DNA of 64,000 nt from Podarcis gaigeae (taxonomy: Eukaryota): the NCBI GenBank assembly GCA_964106915.2, contig OZ066914.1. One strand, written 5' to 3'. The notes beneath the pieces were generated by a model that saw only the letters and a program-made list of their open reading frames with translations, searched no databases and was not told the origin of the DNA. A program made the position numbers and the translations under genes. This document shows positions 13,131 through 25,700 of the stretch, piece after piece. Numbering within the stretch: position 1 is the first letter of the stretch; each line of letters begins with the position of its first letter.

Positions 13131-13689
13131 CTTCAGCGCCCCTTCACCTTTTCTTCCATCATTACTTTTCCTTACTCTTTTCCCATGAAGCAGCTGCAAG
13201 GCGGATAGGGCTTGTTCCTAAATCAGGATTTATAGTCCCTCTGGAGAAGGAAAAAACAGTAACAACCCAGTTCGGATTTATTTCAGAGGAACAGGCGTAG
13301 GCGGTTTTTCTTCCGTGCTGCCTGAGTTTTGCAGTACTTTTCTTTCTCTCGGATTGCTGGAAAGAGATCGTGTCGAATAGTCTAGAAATGGAATGTAATT
13401 CTTTCTAGGCAAGCAAGAGTTATCCTTATATGTTTGCTTATAGCAAAGAAATACAGGATGGCGGCTGCTATTGTATATTCTCATCTGGGAGAGTTTGCTA
13501 CGTGCCCTAGCCATAGGTGTGGAAAATTCAAAAAGTCTTAAAAACCCAATCCTGTATATATTTTACTCAGAAGTAAATAAACCAGACTGCTTCCAATGGG
13601 ATTTAATTCCCAGATTATAGTCGTTCATAACGACTACAGTCTTACTGTTCAGATTAATGTGAGAGCGATTTGCCTTTAAGGAACAGCAA

Positions 13690-14580
13690 AATCGAAACGA
13701 TGTTGATCGGTGTCTTTTCCCTGTTAACCACCGAGCGCACCCATCGACGGAGCCCCAATAACATTGGAAGGGAACTAGCTTCCCGGCGGCTCATGACAGA
13801 ATTCCCCACAGGTGCCCTTTTGTCCTCCACAATCTCCTTTGGTACTCGTATGAGAGGGGAAATGCAACAGGTGCAGCTTTCACTGCGTCGTAGAGTTGGA
13901 GGGAACCTCGATAGCCTCGATCTTTTTGCAGCCCCTTTGTCTGATCTGGTGCAAGAGCACCCACGACAGATGGCTGCCCTGAAGACAGGATAGTGAGCGA
14001 AAGCTTCACCTGTTGAGTAAGATGCACGGGGGGGGGGGGCAACTGCTAAAGACGTTGGAGCGCAACCAGCAAAATGGGCCATCTTGCTGTCAGAGAGAGA
14101 GAGGGTGTAGAAAACGTGAGGTATTTGTCTCCAGTATAAAGCGCAGCATCTTTTTCCTGCGGCCGCCAAGTAAAGAGGAGCGAGCGAGCCAAGCTCAGAG
14201 AGTAAAACCTGCGTGGGATTGACAGCTCCTCTTTAGAAATGGTTCCCTCCCAGTCCCTAGATGGAGCCGAAAGGCGCCCATACTTAGAAGGGGAGGAGAC
14301 TGAAGCCCAACCCTGGGGGCGGCCTTGCTGCGAGGATTTCCTCCAACCCGCAGCTGAAGCTGCAAAGCCCGCCTATAACGGCTGGGAGAGGCACAGCCCC
14401 GGGCCGCTGCAGAAAAGAAGAGGCTGGAGCTTGTTATATCGTCCGCGCCAGGTAATGGTCTTTTGAGTTCTCGATGTGAGCAAGTAAAAGTGAGGACACG
14501 TGTCAAAGAAAGGCGCAAGGGCCCAAAGGGAATTTAAGGTGCTTGTGGAGGGAGAAGGCGGCGGCGGGTGGGGAGCCTGT
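13690..14580. promoter_or_regulatory. CpG-rich CEP70 promoter and first exon (donor at 14451/14452)
   Basis: CpG-enriched block with a TATA-like tataaa at about 14135 and donor CCAG|GTAATG at 14451. Confidence 0.65.
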
Positions 14581-15397
14581 GGGGAGCTGTTATATTGCTT
14601 TTACATGTGCTGGTGCTTTTCATTTTTAGGCCTCTTTGCACAGACAGCGTTTACTAGAAGTATAGTAAGGGCTTTAATTTATATTCTGGTTTGCCACATG
14701 AGCTGCAACTTCAGAAGATAAAAACAAATAAAACAAATACTCCTCTGCAGCTTAAACAAACTTGCTCATCGATTCTCAGCTTCTGCCCCAAGAATATTCA
14801 AAACCACTTAAACTCTAGCGTGTGCCGGTAAAAGGCAACACTTTGTTATCTGCAGCAGTTTTTTTTTAGTAACTTGAAACCTTGCATGTGCTTTCACTAG
14901 CAGAAATGCCCTTCAGGCCAGGGAATACATCTAACCATCAGCTCCTTGTAGTTGCCATGACTGTTACTCTATATAAATATTTGTTTTAGTGTTTTAAAAT
15001 TGTAAACCACCTTGGCAGAAAGATAGTATATAAAGCCATCCAATAAGAAAACCAGGCAAAACCCACACACTCTACAAAGCCAACCTCCACAAAAAGGCAA
15101 ACCCCCCCCCAAACAGGCAAAGGCACTTTGCCATCCCCAGAAGCACTCTTCACAAACCCAGACAGGCAAAAGCGACTCATCTGTCCCAAAAATCCACACG
15201 CACAAAAGGCAAAGTTACCCAAAAACCCACAGATGATAAGCAAACGCACACATACCCCCCAAACAGTAAAACAGCCCACCAAGAAACAGAAAAAAATCCT
15301 CCTCAAATGAAAAAACCATTTACCCCAAAACATGGAACATCCCCTATAATAGACAAAGCACAAGCTTCCTTTTGCACAACCTGCACAGACATCTCAG

Positions 15398-15398
<1 letters not shown>

Positions 15399-15430
<32 letters not shown>
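15399..15430. repeat. (CA)16 microsatellite
   Basis: Read directly from the sequence. Confidence 0.95.
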
Positions 15431-15432
<2 letters not shown>

Positions 15433-15887
15433 AAGCAAGCAGGCACCAACCCAACTGGCAAAAAGATCACTTTCCCCTTTACTGAACAGTAGAATCACCA
15501 CTGTTTCTAATCACCTGCAACTATTATGCTGCTATTCATATGTGCAATGAGCCCTGTTTTGCTCTTATGATTTTTTGAAGAATGTGCAGGAGTCTTAAAT
15601 TGGAAGGTGGGTGCTTTCAGTTTGTTTCTCTGTTGTACTTTGAATGCATCCTTAATAAGTTTGAACTAAAGGGGTATTCAGTGATAATGTGGACTTCTTT
15701 GTGAAGGACCTCCATGTTAAAGGATAATCAACAATCCCTTTGCAGACTTCAGCCATCTGAAATGGAAAACAGAAGGGGAAATAAGAACTTATCATAATAT
15801 TGCCACATGTAAAATTTGTTCATATCAAATTTTCCTCCTATGTGTTTCACCATATTTTTCTCCTAAATGTATTTTTTGAGATTACAG

Positions 15888-15954
15888 AAGAGATTGGAAT
15901 ATTGACCACTAATCAGCTGAAACCAAGGCTCCAAAATAATTTACTATGACAGAG
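15888..15954 (+). other. CEP70: Candidate alternative CEP70 exon ending in ATG ACA GAG (MTE, 15946-15954), phase 0
   Basis: Acceptor ttacag| and donor GAG|GTATTT (weak). The ATG has A at -3 and an in-frame upstream TAA. MTE echoes human ...LMTEKQ|QEEAEW. Confidence 0.4.
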
Positions 15955-16791
15955 GTATTTGAACTTTAGATAATTGATAACTGTACATATGTGGAATTGG
16001 TAAGCAATAATACAGTAACCTTTAGTATATTATGCGTATAATGTATTCTTTAAAATGTTTGAAGTGTTGAGGGAAGAAGCCATTTATCCCCACACAAGAC
16101 AAGATGTTATTTACTCTACTGTCTGTACTCACTTTCTCAGGAGTAAGTCCCACTGAATTCAGTTGGGCTTACTTCTGAGCAGACATGTTTGCACATTGTT
16201 CTGCTGGGCTATAGTTTAACTTACATGAAGAAAGTTAGGTGAATCCTATTTACAATTGCAACCCTACTCTTAGTAACTGGGGAGTAAGCCCTTTGAGTTC
16301 AACATGACTACCAAGTGATATTCTGTATTGCTCTAAAACTGGATTCTATGTATGCAAATACTATCTAACTGTTTATTAATTTGTGCCCAGTTTCAGTTTC
16401 CTTTTCTTTGTAAAGCAGAAAAATAACCAGATTAAAGCTGTACAAAAGTGTGTATTTTGCAGACGAAGTCTGCATATTTTAAAAAAAACGAAATCCAAAG
16501 GAATCATAAAAGATCATTCTATCAGAATTATGTGTAAGACTTGGATCTGTTGTTCCTCCACCTAAGCTTCTATGCAGTAGTATGCATCCACGGCTGCAAT
16601 CCTATATCCACTCTTTGTGGAGTAAGCGCCACTAAGTAGAGTAGATAAACTTAGCATTTTGGTGTGTTTTTAACACATTCCTTTTGTTCGGTTTTCAGAG
16701 CTCTCAAAGTTGTAGCTTGCCCACAGAGGCAGCATCAGGTTCTATGATGATACATTCCTGCCCAGAAAGAATGTCTAATGGTAGTCAGAGA

Positions 16792-19700
16792 ATGGATGAG
16801 GTAAGAAGTTAGAAAGTTATACTTTCTCAAAGTGTAGAACATTTTGCACTGAATTAATTGGGCTCTTGTAGAATGTCTTAAAATAGATTATGACTGTTGA
16901 ACATGTGTGAAACAGGGAGCCACTTGAGGGGAATATTTGAGGGTGTGATTTCTCTCTCCCTTTCTCTGCCTTTTCAGTTGCTTGATTTTTCTTTTTTTTT
17001 AAATTGTGCATATGGAATTATGAATGGGTCAGAGTGGTTGAATATATAAAGAAGGCTCATAACAAGCCTTTAATTGGGATGAACTTTTATGGAAGAAGGG
17101 AACCTGGGGAAATTAAGTGGGAATAAAAAACACAATTAACATGAACGTAGTGAAATTAATAAAATATAAGTTCTATACAGTTTACTTTTACCCCATTTTA
17201 CAACAAAGCAAGAAGTGTTTTTATGGTATTGCTCAGTGAAAGAATTTGTTATCACAAATTGAGGAGGTGCTCTCACTTATGACCAAATTGGATGCAATTG
17301 AAACTCATAAAATGTTGTGATGTGGGGTTCATAGTCTGCCATTGTGGCACATTTGCTGCCTTAGGTATGTTGACAGCGGTGCTTGGAAGTGGCATTGAGT
17401 GAATAATTAGTAGAGAAGCAAATTAGAGAACAAACAAGAAAAAGGTGTATACTCTAGCACGAAGAAACTCACAATATTTTCCATTTTGTCTGACTTTAAG
17501 CAGGAGCAAGAAGAATGGGGAAAATTAAACAAGTTATTAAGGCAACATGGCTTAAAACCTGTGTACCTTGATAAACCTGGAACCAGCAGAAACATAGCAG
17601 GTAAAACATCTGTTTTAGAAAAGAAACTGTAAATCAGCCTTCAGTTGAATTTTTCACTTTTCTAATTGCTTGAAGATGTGAATTTTCAAGTGTCCACAGT
17701 GTCGTTCATATTATATGGCTGCAAGGGAAGTGTGCATGATCAGCTATGTTACTACAGCTATGTTACTTGGTTTAATCTACATACAAAATGTAGAAAATTA
17801 GTATGGACCAAGGCAAATGTTAGATGCCATGTATTTATTTTTTTGAGGATGCCTCCACCTGGCTCAAGCACTACGAAGTGTCAAAAACAAACACACTGCT
17901 TTCTTGTTTAAGCCATCTGGAGATGTTAACCTACACTTAACTGTTTTCCTATAGGTACCTCTGTCACAATGTGCCTTCTTCATTCCAGTGGCCTGTTTTG
18001 AGACATTTGTTATAAAATGTGGTATTTTTTAATGAGCTTGTCAAGGACTGCCTTATTCCATATGAACCTACCGAGACCCTGAGATCATCTTTTGAGGCTG
18101 TTACTCGTGTGCTTCCTCCAGAGGGTGGCAACATCTTACGTCTGGAGGGTGGCAACACGAGAACAGGCCTTCTCTGCAGTGGCTCCCCATTTGTGGAACG
18201 CTCTCCCCAGGGAGGTTCACCTGGGACCTTCATTATACATTTTAAGGCACCAGGCAAAAATATTCCTCTGCTGTGGGGTGTGTCTGTGTGTTATTGTATT
18301 GTTCTTGTTTTTACTTTGATTATGTATTCTGTGTTTTTATATCGTGATTTTATCCTGTGAACCACCCTGAGACCTGCAGGTATAGGGTGCTATACAAATT
18401 TAAGAAATAATAATAATAATAATAATAATTAATAATAGTGACTTTTTAAAATAAAAAAACCTTTGCAGATAGGATTGTTATGGACAGACAGACTTCGCAA
18501 GCAATACGATATGCATTGAGATCATTAATGGAAGAAACAGAGCGTCAACGTAAAATAGTTCGTGGCTTGATAGAAGAAAATCGCCAAATTAGGTAATAAT
18601 GTTTCTTAGAATTCTTCTGCGGCATCTAACAGGCTCAATGCAGAGAGTTCTGAACCAGCCTAGAGGCTGGAAGGGGACCATCTTCACCTCTGTTCTTTGC
18701 TAATCAGAGTTCTTCACTCTTGCCATGTTTTGCTTTACAGTGGTAGAATTGTTGCAGGGGAGACTGGCAGGCTGCTCTTGAAAGCAGAATGTCGTACTAG
18801 CTCAGCCTTCTCCAACATGGTGCCTCCAGAGGCTGCTGTACAACAACTCCCATCATCCCTTACCCTTGGCTGTGCTGGCTGGTGCTCATGGGAGCTGTAA
18901 TCTTAAGAGATCTGGAGGGCACAAAGTTGGGGGAAACCTGGACTAAATGCCCTGATCCACTATAGCAGTTTTTACTTACTTCTGTTACATTGACTTGTCA
19001 ATTTTTCTGCTTCCTAGCTTTCACAAAGTCTTGCTCACAACTGCTCTATTTCACTTGTTTTGTGGCTTAAAAGTTCTGACCTGCCCGTTACGGCATTTTG
19101 GAAGCTGCTCCATGCATTCTTCTCATTCCTGCACAGGAATGCCAGCTATTGGGGGGTTACATGATAGGTCAGGATTTGTCCCTGTGTCCATTCTCCAATG
19201 TGAAGAGGTATGCCTTGTTCTTCAAAGAGCGAGGAAAGAACATGTGGCTTGTTTTTCATCAAGTCGTGTTTCCCAAACTGATGCTTCACTTTGGCTCATG
19301 TACTTACAGCATGTGAAAAGCTACAAGAAAACGGAAAATCCTTCAGGAGAACTTGTTTATATTGTCTTTTAAATGCAGATTCTTTAATTCAGATTAAATA
19401 CTTTAATCTGGAAAACTTTAATTCAGATTAAATTCATTTAGTGACGTAGTTTTCACTGAAGGAATTTATTTTCTATTTTATTTTATTTTTTAAAAAAGAG
19501 ATGAACTACGTTTAGAACGAAGTCGGGCTTCTCGGCAGGAACAACGAGCCAATGAGCTCGACATCATTGTGGAAAACGTCAAACAGAAAATCTGTCAGCT
19601 GGAAGATAAGTCTATAGCTCATGCTTGTGAGCAGCAGAACCAAGTCAAGGAGCTTCAGAAAGATCAGCAAGCTTCACAGGTACTTAATTAGTAGAGATGT

Positions 19701-22700
19701 GGAATTCATAAGTTAATCATATCAGGGGATTACTGATCACAGAATCGATACCATTGTACAGTATGTCATGGCAGAGTGTTTTGACCTTATTGGTGATGCA
19801 CTTTTAAAATGCACTTGCAAGAAAAAGAATAAAACGAGTTACCTCTTTTAAGAAAGTGAGAGACTTAGAATGGACAGAGCAAATGAATTCTGGCCTACCA
19901 TTTACTTCCCTTCTTAGGACCGTTCTGCCTTCTGTGATTCCCTTGCGTTCTGCTTGCAGGCAAAGAATCAGCAACAGATCGACAAGCTCCGAGAGCAAGA
20001 AGAGACTATTGCCCGTTTGGAAAAAGAGCTTAAAAAGATGGACATGGAGGAGGAGGAGCGTTTGGCTACACAGAAAAAAATATTTCGGCAGTTCTGCAAA
20101 CAGGCTCCAAGAACTCACTTGGATCAGCAGTAAGTCATTCTTGATAATTCGTGAGAGATTTGTGCAAATCTTAACTTTTGCAAGGTGAGTATTTCTCACT
20201 GTAATCTGAAGCATGAGCTTACTTGGGAGTTGCATAGGATTTCTGGCCATTCTTGGTTAGTACTTGGATCCAGGTACTTTACCTGTACTTTACAGGTACT
20301 TGGGACCAAGTACTTTACCTGTAGTGGTGATGTTGCTGCCACCTCTGTGGATGTTGTGTTGCCTTGCGGTGAATAAGGAGATGCAGGACAATCCTGGTGG
20401 TGCCATTTAAAATCTTGTGTATTTTTATAGTCTATGAGTAGTATTCAACTAATTTTTACTTAGAGTAAACCCACTGAAATTAATAGATCTAGCTTAGTTA
20501 CGGTCATTGCTTTACCCTGTCTACTCTGCGTAAAAATTAGTTGACTACCACCCTATATATTTAATAAATATACCCCCAAATTTTAATATTCAGGCTGCAC
20601 ACATGCCATACTTTTAAAGAACATAACTTCTCCCAAATCATCCTGGGAGCTTTAGTTTATCTCTCACAGAGCTACAATTCCCAGCACCCTTAACAGATTA
20701 TAGTTCCCAAGCTTCTTTGAGGGAAGGCATGTGTTTTAAACGTATGGCGTCTATGCAGCCTATTACTCCAAAGAAGGTCCATAGGAAAAAAATCAGAACT
20801 ACCACAGGGTGGCAGCAAAAGGAAGAAAATGTCTAATAATCTCTGGCTTTATAACAAAGCTAGTTCCAAGCAGCAATACATTGACTTGTTATGTACTGTT
20901 AAGTCTGATGTTTTTTACAAAATTAACTCACCTCGTAGATCATTGTATGACAAATACTGTAAAATCCCGAAGAGTACAAAGCATTCTGTAAAATCTACAG
21001 TGGTGATGCTTTTTTGAGGAAAAAAAAAACCCCCTCTACTACCCAAACTTGATGGAGATCTGATTTTGTGTTTTTTCCACTTATTTTTAGTAAACAAAAC
21101 TAACATTACATGTTATGTAAGTATCTGAAAAGCTTTTCAAACTTGTCAGAAGTAGTTAGAATTGAAATGTTTTTCTTGCTGGGGCAGGGGAATATTCAAC
21201 AAAGATATCTTAGTTTGGTTTAAGTGTTTATATTAAAATAGAATCACAAGTACACTGTGATAAATTTCTGAGGAGAGTTGTTGGAAGAGATAGAAAGAGT
21301 CTGAGACATTACTATCACCTGTTTTTTCTGTTCTAAGTGTCTTTTGTTTTTTGCCTACATCCTTTCAGGAAGTGTGGGGGCTGGTGGCCTCCTTCGGGGT
21401 CTGGGCCTTCTTCCCTCTCATCCATCTTGCTACTGTTTTGAACTCAGGTCCCAGAGCTTCTGAAAAAGGATTGATTGCTAGGAGGGAAGATGAGTTACAT
21501 ATGCTTGCACTGCATAGGAATAGTTACTTGAAGACAAAAGTTAATTACAAGCTGATTTTAGATTTTCCCATATTAGATCCATTCCAATTGCCCAATTGTA
21601 TTCATTCCAGTACTAATTGCTTGTATGTATTTTATAAAGAGTTGTTCTTCTGAAGAATACATAGTAGTGGAATAGATTTTGGAACATTTTGTATGATATA
21701 GCTACATTGTCATCATTATTGCTATAATAATAATATTTTGTTTATGTACTAAAATTTTTGCCACTCTTATGGTGTGTTTTCCCTTGTTTCTTTCTAGGAT
21801 TTGTTCTTTAATTGACCATTATGAGTCTCAGATCAAGCAAGTGAGAAAAGAATTAAGGTAAGAAGAGAACTCATGTTAGAAGGAGTTTCATAATACGATA
21901 AAAAAGATGAATAGGAAAAGTCGTCAATACAAAGTGAGTGATTCGATGGTGGTGTATCGATGGCTGAATAGATCAGGTATTCAGGTTAGTCTTGCGGAAT
22001 AGGTCTCACCAATCAAATGATTTCTAGTTTTGTAATTTTAGTATTTTTCACTGTAGTGGAACACATTTTAACTTGGATTTCCTTCCTAGGAGATATAACA
22101 GAGAGCCTGATCATACACAAGGAGAAGGGAAAAATGAGGAAGAATTCTTGAAGGACATAGATGCCACTCCAAATTACAGAGCCCTACTCATGGTAAGGCA
22201 CAAGCAGGTACCCATGGATATAGAAACTGTCCAACCTCTAGGGAGGAAGTTAAAGGTGTCCACTTCAGGTTTATGCTGAAGACAAGATGCATGAGTGGCA
22301 GTCTTCCAATGACCTCCCCTCCCAGTAGCTGTTCCCAGGCTGTTTTCTACCTTGGGACAAATATTTCTTGGATGTCTGTCACTCTCCCCCGGATGACTGC
22401 CAGATGGAGCGCTTCTACAATGGGTGCAGCAGGGTTGCACTTGGTGGCTGCATAGTATATAGCAGCCGATCACTGGGGAATTTTGACAAAGGCTCCTATG
22501 CACATAGAGTTCCTCTGTGCAAGGGACAATCCTGCCCCAATGTGGAGGAGCTGTTGTGTGTAAGCCCCTTCTTGTGCTTACCAAACATGTGTCCAGCAAG
22601 GCCACCAGGTTTATTGGTGGGAGGGGAGATAGGCCATGCAGTCTTGTATAAAGGTTCCCATTGTTCTCTTCTAAATCTACCCCATCCCCCCAAAAACCTG

Positions 22701-25700
22701 CCAAAGTTAATCCCTGGTTTGATTTAAAACAAAACTCAGCAGTTTGCATCATCCCTTCTGTTTGATTCTCAGCATATTGTGTGGAGATGGGCACCCTTCA
22801 GTGATCTGGTTGCTGTTTGCACAGCATGGAACAGCCTCCAACCCAATGACTGACTGGCTGTTTAATTTTAAATATCATATGTAATATTTGGCTTTTATCA
22901 CCTGGTTTTATAACTTGAGATAAAGTGAAAATGGTCATATACTTTTGAATAGATGGAATTTTAAACTTAAGAGTTTCTGATTCAAACCACAGTTCATCTG
23001 TAAGCTCCCTGGCTGACTATTTGAGGAAGTCAGTATTTCTCAACATTTTGTTGGTAAAGCCCCTTAGTATATAGCAATAGTACAGTATATTAGTGACTTA
23101 TTTAACCCACTTGTTGTGAAGACAATTGAGGTTAGTGACATTATGAATGCTTATATGACAACATATTCATTATAAAAGTCTTTGAAGTCTTTCCAGACTC
23201 AGATAATCGAAACAAAAGCCAGAAATGAACAGCTGTTACGTGAAAATACAAATCTCAGCAAAGAGATGGAAATCAGGTAAATAGTGTGAATGTTTTATAG
23301 GCTGTTAGGAAAGCATAGCTGCTTCACAATGTAATTATTTCTTTAATAGTAAAAGTGATCTATAGCCTTCTATTCAGAATAAATATCTTTCTGATGCAGC
23401 TTCAAATTAACTAAAAAACCAACAAAACATTGAAGCCACAATAACCACATATGAAAAGTAATTGGGATTCTTCCCAGTAGGTGGTTGCTGGCAGATGGCC
23501 CTGTGGGAGGTGAGAGAAATCTAGCTAGAGCTGGCTTTGAAGTTGTCTTTACCTGCCTGCCTCTCTCTGCTCGATTCCTTCCCACTGGGCAGCTGTTGCC
23601 CTATGAGGGAGGTGAAAATCCATCTGAAGCAGCAAGCAATCTTCCACAAATCTGGAAAAATCCAAAATATGCAACTGTCTCCATAGATACTACTTAGTGG
23701 TTGATGAGGGAGGGTGGCATGCTCTTCTGCTCACTTTAAAAATTATGATTCTCTAGAAATGCACTGGATTTTTTTTTCCTTTTAGACCAACTGTGCAAGA
23801 GCTAAAATTTTACAAGCACCAAGTGAAGAAGCTGGAGAAAGCACTGAAGAATATCAAGTAACTAATTTCCATTAAGCATTAACAATAGATCTCTGTTTTG
23901 AAGATGGAGAAAGCAGGGGCCTTTTAGAAATAACCTTCTTCTGAAGGCAGGCAGACTTAAAAGAAAGCCAAAGAACAGAGGCACACAAGCTTTCACTGTA
24001 GTTCTAAAGATGGGCTGGTGGAAAGCAAAAGAATGTTGTGAAGAATAAGAGCAAAAGCATGTCTCAGTACTATCCCTGGAGATTGTGGATGTGCTTGTAG
24101 ACTCAATCACATGTGTGAAGTGATGGGAAAAGAATCTGAAGTTGGTGAGAACTGCAGGTTTCCCCAACAACCACTTCTGCCAGTCTTCTACAGTCAAACC
24201 TCGGCTCCCAAATGCCTCCGTTTTGGAACATTTCGGCTCCCGAAGACCAAAAACCTGGAAGTAAATGCTCCAGTTTTCTAACGTTTTTCGGAAGCTGAAC
24301 TTCCAACGTGGCTTCTGCTGAAGTGCAGGAGGCTCTTGCAGCCAATCAGAAGCAGTGCTTGGTTTTCGAACATTTCAGAAGTGTTCTGCTTCTACACTTT
24401 TTGTGGTTGGGACAATAATTTGTATGAAGCATTAAAACTGGGTTGAAATGTACATTTCAAACGAATTTAAATACATCTATTTCATTTTGTGTGCTGAATA
24501 TATAAGCAAGAGAGGTTATAGAAGCATTTTTTGAAATATTTCCCCCCTTCTTGCTATAGTTCCTTTTTTCTTTTTTACCTGCAATATAGATCCCATGATA
24601 TTGATGAAGAAGAAAGCATGAAAGAAAACAGAGAATGTAAAAGCACTACAGGAGGGGTACTTCAGGAAACCTGCAGGAAATACTTGCAGGTAGGTGGGCT
24701 GCCGTTGCAAGAGCTATTAAAAATGCACTCATTTCCAAAATAAGGGTATTTTCCCACCCTTATTACATGAATGAGTTGTGGAGTGCCTCAAGCTCACATT
24801 CATACCACCTCTCCCCTTTTGTGTCTCTGAGAAGATTTGAAGCTTTTGCTTCCAATTTTGAACTAGCTGCAGTTTTCCTTGACATTTGAACTTGGGAAAC
24901 TTCAGTTTCATTTAACTGTAGCTAGAACAAACTAGGGTCAGACTTTGATTTCAGTTTTTGGTTTGTCTGCTCACTGGATATTTTAAAATACCCCCAGTCT
25001 CCTGTGAAAGCCAAGTCTTCTATTGTATTTTTAATATTAATTAGAGTGTGTATTTAGCACTGCAATAGTATCTGTCATAATTTCTGCTGTGTGGTTTTTC
25101 TGACAAATATTTAACATGAAAGGTGTTGTCCAGCATTGACGCTGTTATAAGAAGCCCAAGAAGAGCTCCGTTGGTCACGCATTTGCAGCGGAAAGGGTTG
25201 CCGCAAAGCTGCCCTAAAGGGGATGAGCAGGAATGTGGATTTGAGCACCTTCCTCTTACAGTTGAGATGTGGGCTGACCAGCTAATGGCCCTAAAGGTAC
25301 GGATGGTCTTTGATTTCAACCTTTCTTTCTCTAGCTAGCTAGTTCTTCAGATGTGTGCCTTGTGTGTTTTCCATAGATAATAGTTTTCAACTTATTTCAA
25401 ACTAATTATCCTGATAAGCTGCCGCCTTCTTCTGAGAGGAGCAAAAGAGAGGAATGTCATCCTTTTCATTTTTAACAAAATGTCATTGTAGATTTATGTG
25501 TTGTTTAATATATTATTTGCTCCTTTTAAAATTCACAGTACAAACACAATGAGCTCTGACCATTAAATAGAAATTGCACATGCTCATATTCTGGCCATTC
25601 GAGTTACTCCTGATAGTTTTGCTGATAGTTAAAATCCTTCTAGCTGCCATTTCTCCTTTAGGAAGAACATACTAACAGCTCTCTGTTTTCAACTACAGGA

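Noticed and set aside
12480-13300. Long ORFs (197 aa, 235 aa) in the CpG island
   Set aside because: GC-rich sequence is stop-poor, the peptides are low-complexity, and I recognise no homology. The region is the FAIM promoter and first exon.
13654-14169. 171-aa minus-strand and 107-aa plus-strand ORFs between the promoters
   Set aside because: No recognisable domain or splice partner, so probably chance ORFs in CpG-rich DNA. A tBLASTn or PhyloCSF check would settle it.
14969-15380. C/A-rich strand-biased tract giving hydrophobic minus-strand ORFs
   Set aside because: Low-complexity sequence running into a (CA)n repeat; the ORFs are compositional artefacts.
22174-22794. 206-aa minus-strand ORF in a CEP70 intron
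   Set aside because: No recognisable homology or splice context. It overlaps a CEP70 exon end on the opposite strand, so it is likely a chance ORF or an old repeat.
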